Assembly (NCBI GenBank): GCA_016196625.1
Contig: JACPXH010000007.1
Span: forward strand, 86,461 to 150,460
DNA: 64,000 nucleotides
Source: Candidatus Parcubacteria bacterium
GTDB taxonomy: Bacteria > Patescibacteriota > Minisyncoccia > JACPXH01
Direction of reading: 5' to 3'
The notes beneath the pieces are model-generated. The model had not been told where the DNA came from and did not search any database. It saw only the letters and a list, made by a program, of their open reading frames with translations. Below are positions 25,234 through 34,564 of the stretch, piece after piece; the stretch's first letter is position 1, and each line of letters starts with the position of its first letter. The translations under genes were made by a program, and so were the position numbers.

Positions 25234-25598
25234 AGCAGACCCGGCTTCTTTTGGACGCCAATATTTCCCCAGAGACCGCAATGTTCTTGCGGTCTCTTGG
25301 TTTTGACGTTGAGAGCTTGATCGAAGAAGGTTTGGGCGGTTTAGATGACGTTGCGGTAGTGGAGCGGGCCCGCAAAACACGTCGAGTGCTCATCACCTTT
25401 GATCTCGATTTCGGCGAACTCTACTACTTCTCTGCGCGTCGAGCGTTCTCCATCATCATTCTTCGACTAGACGATCAGCGCGTTGAAAATGTGAATGTCG
25501 CACTGCAGAAGTTTTTCGTGAAGTACCGCAGGTTGTTTGGCGGCAAAAAGAAGCGCTTAGCTGTCGTGAGTGATTCTGATCTTCGGATTGTGGAGTGA
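25230..25598 (+). CDS. DUF5615 / PIN-like toxin partner of DUF433
   Basis: LLLDANISPETAMFLRSLGFDV...RVLITFDLDF; 4-bp overlap with upstream gene. Confidence 0.7.
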   Translation: MKQTRLLLDANISPETAMFLRSLGFDVESLIEEGLGGLDDVAVVERARKTRRVLITFDLDFGELYYFSARRAFSIIILRLDDQRVENVNVALQKFFVKYRRLFGGKKKRLAVVSDSDLRIVE

Positions 25599-25642
25599 GT
25601 ATGACTATTGGCGCTTCACGCCCACCGAGCCGCACTTACTCA

Positions 25643-25680
25643 GCACGGCCCGTCGTCAATGCATCGGTTGACGTTTGTGT
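25643..25680 (+). repeat. 38-bp direct repeat copy B (downstream of TA pair)
   Basis: gcacggcccgtcgtcaatgcatcggttgacgtttgtgt. Confidence 0.8.
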
Positions 25681-25775
25681 AGAAAGCGAAGTGGGCGAAA
25701 GAAGAGTGAATCCCCAGGCGGGCTTGCCCGCCTGGGGGTCTTCTTGCAGTTTTCTGCGCCGGTTTGCCATCGGCG

Positions 25776-26273
25776 CTACCCTACCTCGTCAAACTCGATT
25801 CGAAGCGGCCACGCTTGGGTGACCGTTCGGGTGCGTCCCGTGGTACCAACTCGCGATGTTGTCTCGGTGAGCTTGCTGACCAAGGTGAGTTTCCAGGTAG
25901 CGTCGCCACCGGTGCCGAAGACAATCCCTTTGTCACGCAGAGCCCGCGCAGCTTCTCTGATAGCCGCGAGCGCGGGTTCAGTCGTCTTGCTCCGCGCACC
26001 GATCCCGAGTTGCACGGTGTAGTCGAACCACCTTAGTCCTTCAGCGTCCATTTTTCCTTCCGGCCCAGCCCTGAAGTGCTGGAGGTTTTCACGCACGAGC
26101 GGAGGCAAATGCGGTTCGTCTATGGGGTGGACGACGTCCTGCCAGAAAGAGGGAAGTTGCAGGTAGCAGGGATCGATGATCGCCAGCGTGCCCGAGTCTA
26201 CGCTTACCTCACCGATGTCCATCCGTTCTTCCCAGGAGCGGGAGTCAACGACGGTCGGTCGCCTCTTACCCAT
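25776..26273 (-). CDS. hypothetical protein (165 aa)
   Basis: GGAGGAAACCCG-ATG start; terminator hairpin ccccaggcgggc/gcccgcctgggg at 25706-25733. Confidence 0.5.
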   Translation of the reverse strand: MGKRRPTVVDSRSWEERMDIGEVSVDSGTLAIIDPCYLQLPSFWQDVVHPIDEPHLPPLVRENLQHFRAGPEGKMDAEGLRWFDYTVQLGIGARSKTTEPALAAIREAARALRDKGIVFGTGGDATWKLTLVSKLTETTSRVGTTGRTRTVTQAWPLRIEFDEVG

Positions 26274-26491
26274 CGGGTTTCCTCCATATGACGGGTTGGG
26301 TTGGCTTGTTTCAAGGGTACTTGGACCTATTTCGTCCGATTGAATAACTGTACTAGATTACCCTATATTAGTCAAGTTTATCCATCTAAAGCTTAAGGGG
26401 TGGATGCATCCGATCGGTGCTGTTGCGGATAAAGGTTTTTTCTGCTATCGTTACTTTTGAACTTTGAGTTTTGCCTTTTGAGTTTTCTGTC

Positions 26492-26740
26492 ATGGGAACC
26501 CCCACCCAAAAACACACCAAATCCCGTCGCGACAAGCGGCGGTTCCAATTGCGCCTTTCGCATCAGCAGCTCTCGACCTGTCCCAAGTGCGGCCGGCCGA
26601 GGCTTGGGCACACGGCATGTTTATACTGTGGCACGTACAAGGGTCGGGAGGTGGTGGACGTTTTGAAACGGCTGTCGAAGAAAGAGAAAAAGGCCCGGGC
26701 AAAGGAGCTGGCGGCGAAAGAACCGGCAGCTGCGAAATAA
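26492..26740 (+). CDS. rpmF: 50S ribosomal protein L32
   Basis: MGTPTQKHTKSRRDKRR...CPKCG...CLYCGTYKG. Confidence 0.85.
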   Translation: MGTPTQKHTKSRRDKRRFQLRLSHQQLSTCPKCGRPRLGHTACLYCGTYKGREVVDVLKRLSKKEKKARAKELAAKEPAAAK

Positions 26741-26925
26741 CAAATGCCAAAGCTCAAATGTCAAATCAAGTTCAAAATGACGCCGCGCGTCATCCTGAGC
26801 GCAGCGAAGGATCTTGAGATCCTTCGGTCGTCCGCCGACTGGCGGACTCCCCCAGGATGACAATCGAGTTGTCACTTTGAGTTTTGGGTTTGATTTAAAA
26901 TTTGGATTTTGACATTTGACATTCC
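26741..26925. repeat. palindromic AT-rich repeat, family A copy (MITE-like), rpmF-nusB spacer
   Basis: caaatgccaaagctcaaatgtcaaatcaag...gtcactttgagttttgggtttgattt...gacatttgacattcc with nested GC hairpins in centre. Confidence 0.7.
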
Positions 26926-26929
26926 CGTT

Positions 26930-27421
26930 ATGGCTTCCCGTCACCTCTCGCGATCAATCGCCATGCAGTCCCTCTATGAGTGGGATTTTGCCGGCATGGA
27001 CGATGCGAAGCTTGAAGAGGTCGTAAATCGCAATATTCAGGAGTTTGCGCCGGGGCTTGATGATGCAAGCTTCATTTGGGAGTTGGTCAAAAATACGCTT
27101 CAGCGTCGGGCCACCATTGATAAAATCATCGAGAAGACCGCACCCGAATGGCCCATTGACCAAATTACCATGGTGGATCGTAACATCCTTCGTCTTGGCA
27201 TCTACGAACTGCTCTACGGCAATCGGGCCGAGGTGCCGCCGAAGGTGGCGATAAACGAGGCCATTGAGATCGCCAAAACTTTCGGCGGCGAATCTTCCGG
27301 CAAGTTTGTGAATGGAGTCCTCGGCACCATCTATCGCGAGATCGGAGAGCCGGATAAAGATGCGCCGAGGCGCGGAGAAAAGAAGGTAGCCTCTCGCGCC
27401 GAAGAGAAAACCCCGCAATAA
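26930..27421 (+). CDS. nusB: transcription antitermination protein NusB
   Basis: [14 protein letters not shown]...[23 protein letters not shown]...[22 protein letters not shown]; start chosen after the repeat. Confidence 0.85.
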   Translation: MASRHLSRSIAMQSLYEWDFAGMDDAKLEEVVNRNIQEFAPGLDDASFIWELVKNTLQRRATIDKIIEKTAPEWPIDQITMVDRNILRLGIYELLYGNRAEVPPKVAINEAIEIAKTFGGESSGKFVNGVLGTIYREIGEPDKDAPRRGEKKVASRAEEKTPQ

Positions 27422-27424
27422 GTA

Positions 27425-27585
27425 CCACATAATACTCAACCCTAATCCGAAGCTCGAAATCCGAAACAATATCCAAATTTCAAAACCCAATACTCAAACC
27501 GCGATTTGAATCATTGGAGCTTGTGATTTGGGATTTATTCGAAATTCGGTATTTGAGTTTCTGGTTTGAGAGCTGGGTCGGTTAA
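27425..27585. repeat. divergent AT-rich partially palindromic repeat (related to family A), nusB-rnc spacer
   Basis: ccgaaacaatatccaaatttcaaaacccaatactcaaacc...ggtatttgagtttctggtttgagag. Confidence 0.4.
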
Positions 27586-27590
27586 TCCTC

Positions 27591-28280
27591 GTGGCTTTTC
27601 TCGAGAAGTTGGAACCAAAACTTGGCGTCGCTTTTCAGAATCAAGACCTGCTTCAGCAGGCCTTTGTGCATCGTTCGTACCTGAACGAAAATCCGGGTTT
27701 CCGTCTCGACCAGAACGAAAGGCTGGAATTTTTGGGTGACGCAGTTTTGGAGCTTGTCGTAACCGAAGCGCTCTACGCCCAATTTCCGGAAAAACCGGAG
27801 GGGGAACTCACCAACCTGCGGGCGGCGTTGGTCAACGCCAATATGCTGGCTGAAGTGGCGCGCGGTCTTGATTTCAACGACCACTTGCTTCTGTCGCGCG
27901 GCGAGGCCAAGGACGAGGGTCGCGCTCGACAGTACATCCTGGCGAATGCCTTTGAAGCGGTAATGGGCGCCTTATATCTTGATCAAGGGTACGAGGCGGC
28001 GCGCGGTTTCGTGGAGCGCGTGCTACTCACGCACTTGGCGCACATCGTGGAAAAGCAGCTCTACAAAGATCCCAAGAGCCGTTTCCAAGAGGCCGCACAG
28101 GAGAAGGCCGGCATTACCCCGACGTACGAAGTCTTAGAGGAATGGGGTCCGGATCATGCCAAGCATTTCGTGGTGGGCGTGTTTATCGGCCGGGAGCTGG
28201 TTGCGAAAGGCGATGGGCCGTCGAAACAGGCAGGCGAAGAAGCGGCGGCGAGGGCGGGGCTGGAAGTGAAGGGGTGGTAG
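27591..28280 (+). CDS. rnc: ribonuclease III (GTG start)
   Basis: ERLEFLGDAVLELVV signature, C-terminal dsRBD. Confidence 0.9.
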   Translation: MAFLEKLEPKLGVAFQNQDLLQQAFVHRSYLNENPGFRLDQNERLEFLGDAVLELVVTEALYAQFPEKPEGELTNLRAALVNANMLAEVARGLDFNDHLLLSRGEAKDEGRARQYILANAFEAVMGALYLDQGYEAARGFVERVLLTHLAHIVEKQLYKDPKSRFQEAAQEKAGITPTYEVLEEWGPDHAKHFVVGVFIGRELVAKGDGPSKQAGEEAAARAGLEVKGW

Positions 28281-28282
28281 GC

Positions 28283-28410
28283 CGCTTCGCGGAAGTCCAA
28301 ATACCAAAGCTCAAATGACAAATCAAATCCAAAGCCCAAAGCCGTTTTTGACATTTGGATTTTGAGCTTGATTTGAACTTTGGATTTTGTCATTTGGGTT
28401 TTTGGGCAGA
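28283..28410. repeat. palindromic repeat family A copy, rnc-rpsP spacer
   Basis: gccgcttcgcggaagtccaaataccaaagctcaaatgacaaatcaaatccaaag...ctttggattttgtcatttgggtttttgg. Confidence 0.7.
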
Positions 28411-28455
28411 GATTTGATTTCTTCCAAGAGTTTCTGTACCATCGACACAGTTGCT

Positions 28456-28821
28456 ATGTTAACGATTCGTCTCCAGCGTGTTGGACGCAAGAACACCCCT
28501 CTTTTCCGGGTGGTGGCTACGGATTCCAAAAACCCGCCCAAGGGCAAGTTTTTAGAGGTGGTGGGTTCGTATAATCCGAAGACCAAGGCAATAAATTTAA
28601 AGTCTGACCGAGTTACTCATTATTTGGCTCATGGCGCAACCTGTTCAGATACGGTTTGGAATTTGTTTGTGCGCGAGGGCGTGGTACCGGGATTGAAGCG
28701 GCCGTTCAAATCCAGCCGTCCACAGTCTGCGGTTGCAGCGGATGCGCCCGCGCCGGTGACGGTTGGTGTCGGAGCCGAGCCCGAAGCGGCTGAAGCGGAC
28801 GGCTCAACCGGGCAGGGGTAA
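28456..28821 (+). CDS. rpsP: 30S ribosomal protein S16 with A/P-rich C-terminal tail
   Basis: MLTIRLQRVGRKNTPLFRVVATDSKNPPKGKFLEVVGSYNPKTK. Confidence 0.9.
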   Translation: MLTIRLQRVGRKNTPLFRVVATDSKNPPKGKFLEVVGSYNPKTKAINLKSDRVTHYLAHGATCSDTVWNLFVREGVVPGLKRPFKSSRPQSAVAADAPAPVTVGVGAEPEAAEADGSTGQG

Positions 28822-28969
28822 GTTTCAAGAGGGGTTGATTTTGGGGCGAGGAGGTGCTACTCTTTTTTCATACCAGTGAAGCCTGTTCTGTCCGGGCCTG
28901 ATCGGGCAAGAAAGACAACGATCAGAAAGGTCGGCTGGGACGGTAGAATGATTTGAGCAGTTTTTCAGT

Positions 28970-29353
28970 ATGGCAAAAGCATCAGAGCCGGATCTCGCGT
29001 TTGTTGAGTACGTGGTTAAGGCCGTCGTTGACAACCCGGACGCGGTTGAGGTGAACCGGAAAGTTGACGAGATGGGCGTGCTCATCACGCTTAAGGTCCA
29101 TCGTGACGATATGGGTCAGCTGATTGGCCGGCAGGGTTCAACCGCTCGGTCTCTCCGGACGCTCTTGCGAATTGTGGGCGCGAAGCACAACGCGCGCGTC
29201 AATCTCAAGATCGAGGAGCCCGAAGGCGGTCGCATGGTGCGTGAACCGAGTGCTTCCATGGGTCGCGGCGAGGGTCGCAGCGAGGAAGGCGTAAGCCGCG
29301 GCAACGAGGCCACGCGCAACTTCGACGAGGCGGTGGACGATTTGAGGCTGTAA
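28970..29353 (+). CDS. KH-domain RNA-binding protein (UPF0109/YlqC-like) with C-terminal extension
   Basis: FVEYVVKAVVDNPDAVEV...VLITLKVHRDDMGQLIGRQGSTARSLRTLL. Confidence 0.75.
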   Translation: MAKASEPDLAFVEYVVKAVVDNPDAVEVNRKVDEMGVLITLKVHRDDMGQLIGRQGSTARSLRTLLRIVGAKHNARVNLKIEEPEGGRMVREPSASMGRGEGRSEEGVSRGNEATRNFDEAVDDLRL

Positions 29354-29626
29354 AAGGAAAGCTTCCTCCTGCGCGTCCCTCATATTCTTCGAGCGAGCTC
29401 GCCAGCTGGCGGGCGAGTCGAGAAGCGTTCTGATTGGACGGACGGTTCTCGACCCTAGTCCGATCCGCGGACGGTTTTAGGACAAGCTCGAAGAATAACA
29501 GGGTTGAATTTCTGCTGACGTAAAACGAAAAACCGCGTCACACCCCTCGACTGCGCCTCGCCTAGCGGGGTTACGCTCGGGGCAAACGGTGTGGCGCGGT
29601 TCGCGTTCCGGCTGGCAGCGATTTCA

Positions 29627-29652
29627 ATTCTAATGTATTAATACATTAGAAT
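29627..29652. promoter_or_regulatory. perfect 26-bp AT-rich palindrome in 550-bp non-coding spacer upstream of trmD
   Basis: attctaatgtattaatacattagaat. Confidence 0.4.
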
Positions 29653-29900
29653 GTTTGGGGGTTGCGGTAAAAAGTTTTTCGACATCATCACAATTTTCTT
29701 CCGATTTTGTTCGCGAGCAACGCGAGCGATTACAAAATCGAGGACCCCGCGTTTATTTTGCCATTCAGTGTGGTTGCGGCGTGCGTGGCCGAATAGGCCC
29801 GTCCCTCTGTGGGCGAAGCGCGCCGCTGTGTTAGCAAGGCGAGGATTGGTAGTGGCTGACGCGGTAAATATAGTGCAAAATAAGCGCGCGGGCCGAACTT

Positions 29901-30632
29901 ATGAGATTCGACATCATTACAATATTCCCAAAAGCTTTCGATTCGTACTTGAGCGAATCAATCATCAAGCGCGCCCGAGAAAAGAAGCTCGTGGATATTC
30001 GGATTCACAACCTCCGCGATTTTACCACAGACAAACATCAAAAAGTTGACGGTCGGCCTTATGGCGGCGGGCCGGGGATGGTGTTTATGGTGGAGCCAAT
30101 CTATCGGGCACTCAAAGCGTTGAAAGCCGCGCCGCCGCGCACGACCAAGAGTAAACGCGAGACGCGCGTGGTCATGTTGGCGCCCGAAGGCAAGCAGCTC
30201 ACTCAGCGCGAGGCAGAACGGTTGAGTAAGTATAAACGGATCGTGCTCATCTGCGGCCGCTACGAGGGGTTTGATTCACGGGTGGATACGCTCGTGGATG
30301 AGAAAATCTCCATTGGTCCTTATGTGCTTGCCGGCGGAGAATTGCCCGCGATGGTGCTGTTAGAAACCGTGGCGCGCAACATCCCGGGCGTGGTGGGGCA
30401 TCCTGAAGCGCTCAAAGAAGAGACGTTTTCAAAGAACCTTGAATACGTTGAGTACCCGCAGTACACGCGGCCGGAAGTGTTTAGGCTGGGGTCGAAGAAG
30501 CTGCGGGTTCCGAAGGTGCTCAAGTCCGGAGACCACGCCGCCATCAGGGCGTGGCGTTCGAAGTGGACGCGGAGGTCTTGCCCCGTGACCACAACGAGGA
30601 ATGGCCGCCTCGGCGGCAGATGGATGAGGTAG
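29901..30632 (+). CDS. trmD: tRNA (guanine37-N1)-methyltransferase; annotated 3' end reads into an inserted element
   Basis: MRFDIITIFPKAF, GGGPGMV, SIGPYVLAGGELPA; last ~18 codons lie inside the 30581-30713 element; putative ancestral stop TGA overlaps TTGACA. Confidence 0.85.
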   Translation: MRFDIITIFPKAFDSYLSESIIKRAREKKLVDIRIHNLRDFTTDKHQKVDGRPYGGGPGMVFMVEPIYRALKALKAAPPRTTKSKRETRVVMLAPEGKQLTQREAERLSKYKRIVLICGRYEGFDSRVDTLVDEKISIGPYVLAGGELPAMVLLETVARNIPGVVGHPEALKEETFSKNLEYVEYPQYTRPEVFRLGSKKLRVPKVLKSGDHAAIRAWRSKWTRRSCPVTTTRNGRLGGRWMR

Positions 30633-30713
30633 TTCGGTGCCTCATCTCTAGTGTTCTGGGAATACGCCTTCGGGAACAGCCGAGCGTTCAAGTTTCCTCG
30701 TTGTGGTACGGGG
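30581..30713 (+). mobile_element. 133-bp MITE-like/structured element copy 1: ~20-bp terminal inverted repeats, flanked by (t)cttg direct repeat, abutting -35 of rRNA promoter
   Basis: left ccccgtgaccacaacgaggaa, right ttcctcgttgtggtacgggg; internal hairpins gccgcctcggcggc and gatgagg-tagttcggtg-cctcatc; second copy at 53491-53622. Confidence 0.55.
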
Positions 30714-30714
30714 C

Positions 30715-30742
30715 TTGACACGTTTGCTGCGGCGACTACAAT
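30715..30742 (+). promoter_or_regulatory. sigma70 promoter TTGACA-16-TACAAT for 16S rRNA
   Basis: consensus -35 directly 3' of the inserted element; ~330-nt leader to 16S. Confidence 0.5.
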
Positions 30743-31748
30743 AGAGCGTGGAGATCGCCTATGTAGATTATCTCGGACAACCTTGGCCTCAGAGCGTATC
30801 GACGTTCGGGCACCGTACGACCGCGAAGGCGTCTAGCCGAGATCCACAAGTAAATAGTTCGGTGAATCTCGAAGATGGACTTCTTCGCGGTTGTATTTTC
30901 CGAGACGCTGACTGACGCGGACAATTGAGATTGCTTCGCTGTGCTCGCAATGACGAATGCAGCCGGTGTCCCTTGAAAATTGAATAGGTAAGGTAAGTAA
31001 AAATCCAGTTATTCCTTGTTGTCCCGATCTATGGGTGTTCGGCAGCGCGCTTGGCGCGATGGCCGGACATCTTTTGAGAGTTTGATCCTAGCTCAGGATG
31101 AACGCTGGCGGCGTGGATAAGCAATGCAAGTCGTGCGAGGCCTTTTCTGAAGGAGTTGCGATTACATCAAGACGACAGATGAAATGGTCGAGCGGCGAAC
31201 GGCTTAGTAACACGTAGGAATCTGCCCCGGAGTCGGGCATAACTCGTCGAAAGGCGGGCTAATACCCGATGGTATCAGCATTGCAATTTTGATCTTTAGA
31301 ACCTTCTAGTGTCGACAAGCGCCTAGATGCTGGAAGTTGCGGCGAAGGGAAGGGAGCGCAGACTCCCTTGGTGGCGCGCACAAGTACCCCTTGACCGGTT
31401 AACCCGGGGGCCCTTCGCCTACTAATTTCTAGAGTTCAAAATTGCGATGCTGATTAAAGATGCAAATCACTCCGGGAGGAGCCTGCGGGCTATCAGCTTG
31501 TTGGCGGGGTAACGGCCCACCAAGGCTATGACGGCTAGGGGGTGTGAGAGCATGGCCCCCAAGATGGGTACTGAGACACGGACCTGACACCTACGGGTGG
31601 CTGCAGGCGAGAATATTCGGCAATGGGCGAAAGCCTGACCGAGCGACGCCGCGTGAAGGATGAAGCCCTGCGGGGTGTAAACTTCTTTTGACCGGGAGGA
31701 AGCCGCAAGGCTGACTGTACCGGTAGAATAAGGGGCTGCTAACCTCGT

Positions 31749-32101
31749 GCCAGCCCCGCACCAAACATTTGGTGGCGGGGCGACCAATGTTAGCAATACA
31801 AAACGAATCTGGTATTACCGAAAGCGCGACCTGGAGTCGCAAGGCTCCTTGAATAACTCGGCTCATATGCTGGGAACTCTGTGAGTGGCTGCAATCGTTC
31901 AACGATGCTCCAGAGCAATCAGCAGGGAAGTCGCCCCGCCCTTGGCGAGGTTGACCCCTCAGAGACTGATCCCTATCGGCGAAGTGCCGAGACGGGTGAG
32001 AACGGATGCGTGTGTATCTGTTCAGACGCCGAGCTCCGCCAATTGGCGGATGGTGGGATAGTCCATGTTCCGAAGCCAAATCCAAATGTTTTGGTAACGG
32101 G
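31749..32101 (+). mobile_element. 16S group I intron 1 (353 nt, ORF-less) near E. coli position ~516
   Basis: splits gtgccagcagc(a)gcggtaatac; contains ggctcatatgctggg and tcagagactgatc (R-like) blocks; ends with G. Confidence 0.65.
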
Positions 32102-32373
32102 GCCAGCAGCAGCGGTAATACGAGGGCCCCGAGCGTTATCCGGAATCACTGGGCGTAAAGAGTCTGTAGGGGGTCTGGTTAGTCGGGTGTGAAATTTCCG
32201 CGCTCAACGCGGAGCCCGCATCCGAAACGGCCAGACTCGAGGACGTGAGAGGCGAGTGGAATGCACGGTGTAGGGGTGAAATCCGTTGATATCGTGCAGA
32301 ACACCGAAGGCGAAGGCAGCTCGCTGGCGCGTTCCTGACCCTGAGAGACGAAAGCGTGGGGAGTGAATGGGAT

Positions 32374-33349
32374 CGGATTTGGTCCCCTCGTGCGGCGACG
32401 CACGAGCGCAAATCTGGCTATATGCTGGAACATCCGAGTATCTCACCGTACTGCGTTCAGGGCAGTAACAATCTGTGAGTGCGGATTATCAGCAGGAAAC
32501 CGTGGTAAAATGATACTATGGGATCCTCAGAGACTATACGCCGGATACCTCAAATGAATAAGGAACTCGCCATTCTGTTAGGACTTCTCTACACAGATGG
32601 TTGTGTTTCCCCAAAAGGACAAAGTTGGAGAATTTATTTCGCCGTAAAATCGCAAGTGTTAGTCAACCTTTTTCGGGATTGCATGGTAGATGTTTTCGCC
32701 CTCGAGTCTAATCGAGTGCGGATTGGCGTTACGCAAGATGGTTTAACGAGAGCCATCGTGAACTCGAAAGAGGTGGGCAACTGGTTGGTAGGCAGGTTTG
32801 GCACATTCCGAACGTTAAAGTTCGCGAATGGCCGATTGCCTCCAGCAAGACTGCCGGTGTCGCTGTTGAAAAGCACGCGACATGTAGCAGATTTCTTGCG
32901 AATTGCGTTTAGCTGTGATGGAGGCGTGAGTTTCTATTCTGCAAAACGCGACGGCAGAAATGGCGGCACCCGATGGTTAATTCGAACAGTCTTTCTCGCT
33001 TGCACACATCCGCAGTTGCGGAGAGATTATCTGAAGTTACTTTCTCAACTTGGCATCCGAGTACGAGAAGTCGCCAAAGATGGCAAGCTGAAGATGGAAA
33101 CAGAACGAGATATTCGTCTGTTTCAAGAGCGGATCGGTTTTACCGCCGGTGTTCGAGTAACGGGCAATTCCAAATTCTGGAATGGCTACGAAAAAAATGA
33201 AGTCTTGCGACTTCTGATCGCGTCGTATGGCCGGCCATCAAAGATCTACCAACTGCCTAAATTTAATGAGGTAATGATATAGTCCGAACTTCATGGCGAC
33301 ATGAAGAGACAAGTAAGACTGGGTAAATCTTGTCCGTTGTAACAACAAG
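32374..33349 (+). mobile_element. 16S group I intron 2 (976 nt) encoding LAGLIDADG endonuclease, at ~E. coli 788/789
   Basis: exon1 ends ...gggaU; exon2 tagatacccc; ggctatatgctggaacatccg, tcagagactatacgcc (R element); terminal G. Confidence 0.7.
32518..33282 (+). CDS. LAGLIDADG homing endonuclease (double-motif) inside 16S intron 2
   Basis: LAILLGLLYTDGCVS and FLRIAFSCDGGVS. Confidence 0.8.
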   Translation: MGSSETIRRIPQMNKELAILLGLLYTDGCVSPKGQSWRIYFAVKSQVLVNLFRDCMVDVFALESNRVRIGVTQDGLTRAIVNSKEVGNWLVGRFGTFRTLKFANGRLPPARLPVSLLKSTRHVADFLRIAFSCDGGVSFYSAKRDGRNGGTRWLIRTVFLACTHPQLRRDYLKLLSQLGIRVREVAKDGKLKMETERDIRLFQERIGFTAGVRVTGNSKFWNGYEKNEVLRLLIASYGRPSKIYQLPKFNEVMI

Positions 33350-33450
33350 TAGATACCCCAGTAATCCACGCCCTAAACGATGAGGACTTGTTGTGTAGAG
33401 TATCGACCCTCTACGTGGCGAAGCTAACGCGTTAAGTCCTCCGCCTGGGA

Positions 33451-33482
<32 letters not shown>

Positions 33483-33493
33483 AGACGGGAGTT

Positions 33494-33528
<35 letters not shown>

Positions 33529-33624
33529 GTAAGCGAGGAACCTTACCAGGGCTTGACATGTTCGAGTAAGGCCGCCGAAAGGTGGTCCCTCCCACAAGGA
33601 CCCGAACACAGGTGCTGCATGGCT

Positions 33625-34429
33625 ACATCCGGATACGGATGGATGGCCGGTCCGGTGGCAACATCGGATAACAATAACCAGCCCAAAACGGTGGAGCCCT
33701 CCTGGTTTTCGGAGTAAAATGGAAGCCAGTGGGTAATACCGTGGGAAGCAAGTTTATATTCAAGACAGCCGAAGACTACTACGCACTGGGTCTTTGGCTG
33801 GCGGATGGGTACTGGCGTTCAAGCTCAGTCGGCTTAACTTCGGTTGACTCTCGATTGATAGAGCGGTTTGTTCGGTTTTTACGGCGGGCGGCTCCGAGCC
33901 ATCCGCTGAAGTACCGAACGTATCACCCACTCGATGGTCGAGGGAAACGTAGACGTGTGGCGACACAAGTGTACGTAAACAGTCGGGCGTTGACCCGAAT
34001 GTTCACTGCCACGAAAACCGGAGTATTGTTCGTCCCATCGCGAAACGTTCCTGCGTATTTGGCAGGGCGGATAGATGGTGATGGGCACGTAGACGCCAAA
34101 CATCGATCGGGCATTCGGATCGCGTATGGGAACGCGTTCGATGCTCGGAGGGATCGTCGGTTGTTCGGCGCAGCCAATGTGAGCTTGTACCGGTATTCAG
34201 CTGCGAGGACGATGGTCCTTTACTTGAGGAAGCATTATCGAGAGCGCATCGAACCCGCGGTTCGAAAATTCTCGATGAAACTTGCCCCGTAGAGACTGAA
34301 TTCCGAATCAAAGCGGAATGAGAATTGTCGATCTTCGACGATTCAGACGGTTGGCATCCAGCCCCAGTTTTTCAAACTGGAGCTGGATGAAGGTATAGTC
34401 CATGCTCGTGGAAACACGGGAATATCATG
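33625..34429 (+). mobile_element. 16S group I intron 3 (805 nt) encoding LAGLIDADG endonuclease, after GCATGGCU (~E. coli 1057)
   Basis: exon junction gcatggct|gtcgtcagc; gaaggtatagtccatgc (S element); ORF begins inside conserved ataccgtgggaag block. Confidence 0.7.
33729..34292 (+). CDS. LAGLIDADG homing endonuclease inside 16S intron 3
   Basis: YALGLWLADGYW and YLAGRIDGDGHVD. Confidence 0.8.
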   Translation: MGNTVGSKFIFKTAEDYYALGLWLADGYWRSSSVGLTSVDSRLIERFVRFLRRAAPSHPLKYRTYHPLDGRGKRRRVATQVYVNSRALTRMFTATKTGVLFVPSRNVPAYLAGRIDGDGHVDAKHRSGIRIAYGNAFDARRDRRLFGAANVSLYRYSAARTMVLYLRKHYRERIEPAVRKFSMKLAP

Positions 34430-34528
34430 GTCGTCAGCTTGTGGCGTGAGTTGCTCCGTTCAGTCGGGTAACAAGCGCAACCCCTATGTGCTGTTACAGG
34501 TGTCAGCGCAAACTGCCTGCTTCAAGCA

Positions 34529-34564
<36 letters not shown>

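Noticed and set aside
26909-26929. Upstream ATG for nusB
   Set aside because: It lies inside the terminal arm of the palindromic repeat (ttttgacatttgacattcc). The ATG at 26930 gives a normal NusB N-terminus.
29354-29900. rimM in the rpsP-trmD gap
   Set aside because: No frame encodes a RimM-like PRC-barrel; the only ORF (29651-30049) is low-complexity and overlaps trmD.
31591-32085. ORFs inside rRNA genes and introns without endonuclease motifs (e.g. 31467-31796 -, 45820-46383 -, 47651-48103 -, 48016-48402 -, 50209 + upstream parts)
   Set aside because: They fall within rRNA exons or ORF-less intron cores and lack LAGLIDADG, HNH or GIY-YIG motifs; they are chance ORFs.
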